A stretch of 64,000 nt of DNA from assembly GCA_907165135.1 (NCBI GenBank), contig OU015567.1, forward strand, positions 10,788,001-10,852,000. Reading direction: 5' to 3'. A model generated the notes under the pieces. It was not told the origin of the DNA and did not search any database. It worked only from the letters and a program-made list of their open reading frames with translations. This DNA comes from Oikopleura dioica. Taxonomy: Eukaryota > Animalia > Chordata. A program made the position numbers and the translations under genes. Of the stretch, positions 55,637 through 64,000 are shown in pieces. How positions within the stretch are numbered: the stretch's first letter is position 1; each line of letters opens with the position of its first letter.

Positions 55637-56732
55637 TTATTGAAATTTTTTAACTTGAATTTTCGAAAACGCAGAATTATCATTATCAACAACGATTGGG
55701 TTATCATGAACGTCTAAAACTTTGAAAGTCTTAAAGCGAATCGGTGGCAGTTGCTCGGTTTTCTTTTGAAGAAGCGTTTCGTATTCTGAAATTTCCCGTT
55801 CGAGTTCTTCGATTCTGCTTTTCGCCGTTTGCCGAGGCTTTTCTGTGTTGAGCATTTCTTCTCGCTCGTTTATAAATTCGTCGTTTTCGTTGAAGTAGAC
55901 ATCGTACGTTCCATTCTAAAGGAAATGGATTAGTTGTTGGAAAACTTGTTGATGGACTTTCTTACTTCTTTGGCATGCTTTCTTATGAATTGAATCGTGT
56001 CGGGATGAAAGTTTCGCTGGTCCCACACGCGCCCTGTGTAGTAAAGTTTCTGGCCTCTTTTGACAGATTCGAGAATATATTCTGCGTTTTCATATGGAAC
56101 TTGGGCTTCGCGGAAGAGTTCTCGTTTGCGGACATATTCAGCTCTAAAAGGTTTGAAAAGGGAAACAGGAAACGGGAATTACTTGGCTTCGAAATACAGG
56201 TCATCATCGTAAAGACATTTTAAGGAGCACTCGTGCATTGCGTCTCTCTCCTTGGTGATAGAATGTAAAGATGGATATTTTTTTGACAAAACTAACTTTT
56301 TGGCAGCCTTTTCCTTCAGTGAACTCCAAAAATTTCTTTAGCCAGCCCTCTTCTTTGTTGTTGAATCGATTGGGATCGCCATGATCATTGACGCATTCGT
56401 CAAAAGCTTGATACTGTTTCTTACAAATTCGTTCTCTGGCGATTGTGTCCATCATCTTCGGAATCAAAATCTGCTGCACTTCTGTACTCAAACTCGGATC
56501 CGGATATCGCTTCGCAAAGTGAGCTTCTTCTTGATTTTCTTCGACATATTTGAAGGTGAAGTAGCCGAATGCACTCAGTCCACAAAATGCGCCAAGGTGG
56601 TAGAATTTCCCATATTTCTTCGCATGACGAATTTCTTGAGCAAATTAATCGCATAACTTTATAACTGTTCTTACCTTCAGTCGTAAAGTGCTGATAGACT
56701 CTTCTGTCTCTGAAAATTCTGCTTTTCAACAT
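55637..56732 (-). CDS. CMC1: CMC1-like twin CX9C mitochondrial protein with N-terminal TM segment and long C-terminal extension
   Basis: EVQQILIPKMMDTIARERICKKQYQAFDEC ... GCQK|ERDAMHECSLK ... YFEAK|RAEYVRKRELFR aligns with CMC1 (VLIPKIMRE...CX9C...CX9C...EYLKERE). Both motifs are exact CX9C. Confidence 0.75.
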
Positions 56733-56833
56733 TTCTTTCGGGAAATTCTTGTTCTTCAGGCACAGCCAATCAAAAGCTCCGAAAACTTGCGCTTTCCAGA
56801 AAGAGCTTTTGGGTGAATTTTAGGCTTTTTCTG

Positions 56834-58824
56834 ATGCTTTTTGTCGAGAAAGACTCAGCCGAGAAGGAGATCCTGCGATTTGTGGCGAAATTTTGTGGGG
56901 CGGAATATGAAATTTGCGAAAATGAAGAGGAGACGATTTGGTGCGAGAAACCCGTGATGAAAGTTGGAAAAAATGATTTTGTGGCAAGCTTGCCTTCCAT
57001 TTTGCGCTATATTGCGAAGTCGAATGGATTCAAGAACCTTCTCGGATGCAAAGGTACCTCAGTTCTTTCTGATAACAGCAGCCGTTTTTAGTCGATTGTT
57101 TAAATGAAATGGAAATCCGCTAAAATATCCTTAATAAGGCTCTACTCCCTTACTTAGGATATTTTAATCAGACTTAGATCTCATTCAAAATAAGCACTCT
57201 TGATAGATAATTTTCTCCATTAGTGTTAAAATGTCTCCATTTTTAATAATCAGAAAAACATGCTCTAGAGACCATTTGACTCCTGATGAATTTGAAGCCA
57301 GGCCGACAAAAATTCATTAAAATTGTTCAGGTGCTTGTCTGAAAACTCCCGCTGAATTCAGTTCACGAACACGATTGATACAAGAGTCCCTAACTCAGTA
57401 CAAGACTGACTTGTCGAAGGTTCTTCTTGGAGTGTCAGATCTCGAACAGATCCTTTCTGGGCCAATAGTTCAACATAACATTGACAAGTATCAAAGACAA
57501 CTATTGAAACATGAACGCGAACTGGAGAGAAAGCGTGACTGGAATGGTGAACTCAAAGGCAAGGTAAAACGTGTGAGTTTAAATTTGGATTTTCATGATT
57601 CTTTTCAGCAAGAAATACCGCTAAAGAAAATCCCTACAAAAGACTTGCCTGAATTAGAGCATGCATTCTTAGAGGGAATTCAACTGTCTATATCGGACCT
57701 GGCAGCCTTTTTACCAGTTGAAAAAGTGAAGGAGAAGATTGGAGAAAGAGATTTTAACGAAAAATTTCCAACAGTAAGGAAATGGTTCTACAGATGCACA
57801 AGAATAATTCAATCGAAGACCATCAATACGGATAATTCTATTTCTGGTTACGATCCTGTTCTACTCAACGAACCTATTGCAACTCAGGACTTTGTAGTTA
57901 TCGCTCGCCGACAAACTCCTCTGAAGAAGATTTCTCCTGCACTAGAAAAAGATGATATCAAAAGCGACATACATTCCAAGTCGAGCAAATCAATGATTCA
58001 AAAACTTGAACTCTCCGCCAAAGTCGACCTTGAAACTGTCAGGAACAAGCTTCCTTCTCCTGACCCTTACTCACACGTGGCAATTCCAGATCGCGATAAA
58101 ATCATCCTTGATGGATTTGCAGATCCTGCAAAAGGCGGTTTAGGGAAAGCAAGAACAGAAAGAAAATTACTACAGCTTCAGAATATGGTGGCTCGTTTGA
58201 AAAAAATGGATACAAAGGGGAAAATCATCGTTGATTTCTGCGCTGGAGGTGGTCACCTCGGACTCGCTGCTGCGAAGGTCTGTCCAGAAGCGACTATTGT
58301 TCTTGTCGAAACCAAAGAAGAGTCGTTAAATCGAGCAAGAAGCCGTATCCAAGAATGGAAGGTGACAAATGTGGCCATTTGTCAGTCGAATTTGACCCAA
58401 CTGAACTGCAAATTTGACATCGGTCTTGCCGTTCACGCCTGCGGATCGGCAACTGATCAGGTCATTCAAATGTGTCTCAAGTGGCGAGCTGCATTTATTG
58501 TCAGTCCTTGCTGTTATGGAAGAGTTTCTGATTTGGTTTTGCCTCGGTCGAAAGAATATCAGAAACGCATTTCATCCCAGGAAAGTCTCTTGTTAGCTCA
58601 TGCAGCGGACATCACTCCAGTTGATGAGTCCCTGACCAAGACAGGAAAAGGTAAACATTTATTTTCAATGGAATCTAATTGTATCTTCAGAATGCATGAA
58701 TCTGACGGATACAGATAGAAAGCTTATGTGCGAAGAAAAAGGCTATGTAGCGACCGTTTATGAAATGATACCGCTTTCTTGTTCTCCGAAAAACAATTTT
58801 ATCGTTGCAGAACCTGCTAATTAA
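56834..58824 (+). CDS. GSTCD: GST C-terminal domain-containing protein with class I methyltransferase-like domain
   Basis: VASLPSILRYI; IVDFCAGGGHLGLAAA...IVLVETKEESL; SNL...FDIGLAVHACGSATD...FIVSPCCYG; C-terminal SCSPKNNFIV. Confidence 0.9.
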
Positions 58825-59136
58825 TAAATATATTTACATGCGATAGTATCGCGATACTTAAAAAAGGTGTGTCAGCAAGATCATATTTGATTTCACACGC
58901 GTTTTTATCCTTTACTTTGGACTCAAAAGTCGTCGCATGATTGCAATTATTCGCATTGAGAGCAAATTTGAACTCGTCTTGCATCGCGGTCTAAGAACTC
59001 AAGCGGCATTTGGTCCTGCATAGAATTGATTTTGTACTTCTAAATAGTTGCCATTGAATTCGCCGTATGCAATGACATTTGTCAGCGACGTTGAAAAGAA
59101 ACCTTGATCCTTGAGTCTAGTCTCAGAGCTCAGATA

Positions 59137-62100
59137 ATGAAGCTTTGGTGGTCGTTAGGGCTTGCCATCGCTGAAGCGGGCGTTAGGTTCGCTGACGACG
59201 CAGGAAACGGTTTTATAAAGAGACTAGAGATAAATTTCAGTGCATTAAAAATCCGTGCAAAGAATTTGTGGCAATAGACAAGGGTGACTGCGGCTTCAAA
59301 TGTAACAACTTCTCAGGATTCTGCAGCGCTTGTGCACTTGCTAATGATTCGCCTGGCTTTTGTTGTCATCCATCCATCAGAGGAACATGCTCCAAGTCGA
59401 TGAGAGCAGCCCTCGATCCCAACGCTGGGTTCCAGTGCGTCATCCCGACTGAGTTCGAAACCCAACTTCTCCTGCAAGTCCGAGAGATTCCTGGAAAGGG
59501 CGACTGCTGGGCCGAGTGTGGTAGTAAGCGGGGATTCGCTGGTAAATGCGACTACTGTGGAAACAAGGGCTATTGCTGCCATCCAGATGGCCGTGGAACC
59601 TGTCCACAATGGATCTCTGAGTCGGTAGAAGGTTTCAGCAATAAGTGCATGGTTCCAGCAGCGACTTCAAATGATAATCATCTCGAGTCTGGCTACAAGT
59701 CTGACTGCTTTGATCGTCGAATAACTGTCTGCAAGGATCTCTCTGACCTTGAAAATGCCCCTAGAGACGAGTGTCTCCGATTCTTCCCAGAGGAGATGTG
59801 TGATGGTAAAACGCCAGACGACAAGATCCCTCGATGCACAACCGTCGTCAAGAACTACTGCAAAGATTTCGTTAGAGATGCTATCGAGGAAAAACGTAAA
59901 TCTTCCGGTTTCAATATGGATCTCCTCGGTCCGTACGAAAAGGAACTGTATAAATTTGTCAACGCTGTTTGGCCTAAAAAGGAGCACTTTTTCTTCAAAG
60001 AAATCGCCGATGAGAACTTTGGATTCGACAACGGTGATCTCAGTGCTATGGCTGAAAAAATTCTGACATCTTCGCAAAATAATTACTTTTCAAATAAAAT
60101 GAGCGCAACCCAAAAAGAGCGAGTTGTCTTGGGATTCGCCGTTTTGAACGCTCTTCAGCGAGTCTGGGGCAGTGGAAATGAAAGATCTTTTGGGCAGATA
60201 ACCATCAACTGGGGATCCAATTTCGGTGTTGCTGACTTTAGTAAAGACGCTTTCGAGAAACTCCTTGTTGCAAATGGTGCAAGCTGGAGAACAACTGATC
60301 GAGCTCTTCAGGGATATGATGCCATCATCGAAAGTCTTGTCAACTGGACTCCTGCCCAGGTGATGATCAATGACCTCCTTGATGAACTTCCCCTAACCGA
60401 CAATATCCGTGCTGCTGGGAAATTGGCCAATACCGAGAATGATGCTGAAGGCGAATTTAATGTCTTTGCTCAAAGTCTAACCAATATGCTTGATCACCTT
60501 GTGGAGCATCACGAGAGCTTGTCTGATGAAGAGTTTGATTTTTTCCTTGGCCAATTGCGAGAGGAAGATAATATTAACCTCATTCGAAATCTCGCTGGTT
60601 TCGTCGAGCTCGAGCGAATCATGTCCGACAGTGTAATGTGGAGTGTTGATGTTGACGAGCTCGCAATGACTCGCGGATATGCAAGCACATTCCCACGTGA
60701 GCGAAAGTGGATGAGCCAAGATAACTGGACAAAGGAGAATGTGGTCAATATCATGAGCTTCGCGGCACATTTCGCCGGTGCAGCGGAAAACATCAATGTT
60801 GAGGAAATGGCCGACACCGCTGGCTTCGTCTTCTTTGACGACATCGTTTCTTCTCAGCAAAAAGCTGAAAACGCCGTTAGAAGTGTCAAGAGCTCCCGAA
60901 AGGTTTACAAAGAGCTTGTCAAAAACGCACTCAATTTCATGAATGTCAACGATCGTGTTCGTCAAGCATACAAGTTGACCATTGAAGATTCGCGACGAGG
61001 TGAAATCTCAACAATCAAAGATTTGAAGACAAAACTAATTGCTACTGGTCTTGGACAATTCAGCGCCGCCGTTGTCGTTCAGATTCGCGAATCGTTTGAA
61101 ACAGCCGTTTTCAAGAATCTTGAGTTCGTTTACGATGCACTAGCGCTTGTTGAAGAGAAAACCGATGTCAATGATGCTTTTGGTTGCGATCGTGGGTGCG
61201 ATTTCACTGCAATCAACTGGCGAGATGGTTTCGTTACGACCAGTGATTTCAACAACATTCTTGATGCTACAGGACTCCACGATGGAAAGAATGTGCCATT
61301 CGAAACTTCTGATTTATCGTCAACTCGATCAGCCGCTGTCGTGACATTCCGTGGACAGCAGCCTATTTACGCCGCCGTTGTCTTAGATTACCTGAGCACC
61401 GTAGTCCCTGAAGTCGAAGGACCTTATGGACCGCTTGTTTTCGATCAAGGTACCCTCAACTGCGCCACTCAAGCCCTTGCTAACCTTGGCGAGCTCTCTC
61501 AAGAAAATGCTCGATACGAAGTCTACCAGTCAGTGATGGCCGAGCTATATTTGAAAGGCGACCAGAATGCACTTGACGCGATTGATGCAGCCTTGAAACA
61601 AGACCAATGGGTTTACGGTGGAATCTTTGTTCTCGAAACAATGATTGCTGCGGAAAATCACCAGGGAAATACAACATTTGATAGCGCAGTATTTAACAGC
61701 TGGGACCTCAGCATGCTCGACTGGACTATTACTGGAAACACTCAAGACGATCTATCAAGTGGATACTACGAGCAGATTCTTAACGGAGGCGGATTTACTG
61801 ACGATACAGTCGCTGTTCTCACCGAACAAGATACTTATGAAGAAATATGGAGATATGGTTCCGGTAATACAGTTTGCAGCGAACCAGCCATTATTCAAGA
61901 AACAAACTGGCAATGTGACTCCGATCCTTCGGCTATCTGTCCTGGAGGATGTGCTGCTGCTGGTTGTCAAGCAGAAGTTACTCAGACTGAAGTCTGTCTA
62001 GCATGGAGTGGTGCATCGTTTTCTTGGGGTATAAATCCTCTTCTTGGATCGTGGGGAATGGAGTGGTGGGAAGATCAACTTCATCTGTACGGGCCTCCGA

Positions 62101-64000
62101 AAGGAAATGCGCTAGTCGAAAACAGTGATCAGTGGAATGCGCTTATGGAAGGTGCCTCCCAGGCTATCGCAGAAATGGGTGATTTGAGTGGTGGTTACTC
62201 CGGCGAACAATTCGCAAACAACATTCAGAACTGGTTCAATGCTAATGATGCAAACAACTCAGCGATTGTTTCACAGATTCTGAACTCAGGAGAATATGAA
62301 GGTCTCGATTGGCTTCTCACCGCTGGAGACTCTATGTACTCAGCTTTCGGAGGAAACAACAGAAATGGCACTGGAGGAGCTAACTATGCCACTGAAGCTA
62401 ATGGATACTGGAATATCTACGACATGATCGATCTTGTATCCAATGGCGGACAATGGAACATGTTCGGTAGCGAATTCAACGATGGAGTTGCTAATTATGA
62501 CAACTTCACCTACGATGTCTGGGGAGCGTGGATTAATGGTTCTGCTGGAGACTGGGGAGAAGATGCTCAACAGCTTATGCAACAGTTCGGATCGGAACAG
62601 TTCTTCGGGACAATCCGAAATGGCACCAACAACATCTATCCTAACTCCGGTGGCGGCGGAGGAGGTGGCGGCGGCGGCGGTGGCGGCGGTGGTGGTAAGT
62701 CGAAATAGTGAATGATATTTTTTTCTGTTAGATCTTGCGGCATTTATGAAAAGAGTCGATTACTACTTGAAATTGATCTCTTATTTAGGTCCAACCATCA
62801 TTGAAATTGAGTCCGTCGTTTGGCCCGTTCCTTCTGATTGCATTAAAAAAACAACTGGGGAAACTGTCACAGCATACCTGGATTCAGAAGGCAAAACTGA
62901 TGCAACAGTCACACAAAATATTGCAAACTGGCAAGCAGCCATGGATGCAGAAGCCGGTGGTACATTTACGATTCCGCCAGGACAAGCGCATAATATTATG
63001 GCAACTGAGACTCATGCTGCTTCACTCCACACATATTTGGATACACAGGATGCTACTGGAGCTAGCTGGGATGCAATCTCACCATGCATGTCTTACGACA
63101 ACGATCCAGGATACGCTGCTTTCATTGCCCGATTGGAAACTCAGCTTGCTCTTGCTGAACTTTGGGGACAGCATCCTGAGATCGTTCAGAACTCCGATTC
63201 TGTTGCTGCTGGACTTGCATATGAGGCAATTGATTGGACCAGATTCGAATTCACGGACACATGTTGTCAGGTTACTCCAGAAGCTACTAATGCTACCATT
63301 CTTTCTCTGGCTGGACTTGAGTGGATGAATCAGGCTCAAGTCGATGTTGTAGTCAACAATCTCTTCAGCCGCCTTGATACTTCCTGCTGCTCCGTAAATA
63401 ATTCTACTAATATTACACTTGGTTTCTTCAACGTCACAACTACAGCGGGCGTGGCTTCCTCAACAGCTGCTACAACGACAACAGCATACAATGCAGGAGG
63501 TTATGAAACAATGGCTCCATCAAACGGATCAAATGGATACGGTTCTATGTACGGTGATCCCCACGTCATCGTTCAATCTGATAACCAAGAAGCCGTTTGC
63601 TTCAAAGTTGACGACCAAGACGGAGCGATCATCAGCTTGATTCAAGATCTTGAAGAAGGTCTAGAAGTCAATGGAGGACTTAAACAAGGAATTGTTTTTT
63701 ATATAATGATGATAATTATCAGATTTTTATTTATTTTGAACTAAAATTGTATAAAACTTGTTGAAGCTGGTCGAAATTCGATTCGATTGGAAAGCGTTTA
63801 TGTCAAAACCCCTGCCGGTCTTGAAATTGAAATCGACTGCAATTGGATAATTCTTAGCCGAGACGGAATTCAGGTAATATAATTTTAAAAAATCTTGAAT
63901 TATCGAAAAATTAAGCTTGAAAGCTTCACATTCGAAGATTCCCTCTCAGTTGGCATGGACGATGTCCATCTTGATATCGAATCTCTCCGCGATGCCAAAA
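59137..64000 (+). CDS. Very large secreted glycoprotein: signal peptide, two Cys-rich repeats, long acidic Trp/Gly/Asn-rich region, poly-Gly linker, Thr-rich stretch, GDPH-initiated ITIH-C-terminal-like domain; runs off the window
   Basis: MKLWWSLGLAIAEAG signal; repeats GDC..KC....C..C.....GFCCHPS.RGTC and GDCWAEC...CDYCGNKGYCCHPDGRGTC; single ORF 59268-62708; YGDPHVIVQSDNQEAVCFKVDDQDGAIISLIQD...VNG resembles the ITI heavy chain C-terminus (DGDPHF...VCFNI...GDILRL...VNG). Confidence 0.75.
62649..62694 (+). repeat. GGN trinucleotide tract encoding about 15 consecutive glycines
   Basis: GGTGGCGGCGGAGGAGGTGGCGGCGGCGGCGGTGGCGGCGGTGGTG, in frame, immediately before an intron donor. Confidence 0.9.

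Noticed and set aside
1-64000. tRNA, rRNA, snRNA or spliced-leader RNA genes
   Set aside because: No cloverleaf with A/B boxes, rRNA segment or SL/Sm-site cassette was recognised by eye. A tRNAscan-SE/Infernal run would be needed to exclude them.

Overview
Compact, intron-rich animal genomic DNA. The roughly 40-50 nt introns, GA-AG and GC-AG splice sites, operon-like gene spacing and gene content point to the larvacean tunicate Oikopleura; this is inferred, not proven. About 20 spliced protein-coding genes are visible. Recognisable ones are RPS26, LSM1, LSM8, PAXIP1, CFAP77, a Not-class homeobox, PKMYT1, PDCL, TTC30/IFT70, cyclin A, an epsin-like gene, ALS2, a CMC1-like gene and GSTCD. There are also two large secreted proteins and several orphans. 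Three cut-and-paste elements have perfect TIRs and 8-bp TSDs (hAT-type). Two are short non-autonomous elements inside coding exons (14110-15027 and 22908-23436); both can in principle be spliced out in frame, like introners. The third is a 9,233-bp element (29590-38822) inside a formerly 46-nt intron of the epsin-like gene. It carries an intron-containing hAT transposase, a convergent unknown passenger gene, and a ~970-bp array of 17 alternately inverted ~35-nt hairpin cores separated by same-orientation ~21-24-nt linkers, located within the transposase gene. One array unit (33781-33800) matches the host DNA starting 3 nt beyond the right TSD (38833-38852) at 19/20 positions. This makes it a candidate for sequence-programmed, possibly RNA-guided, target selection by a eukaryotic hAT transposon. 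All exon structures were assembled by eye and some boundaries are approximate.
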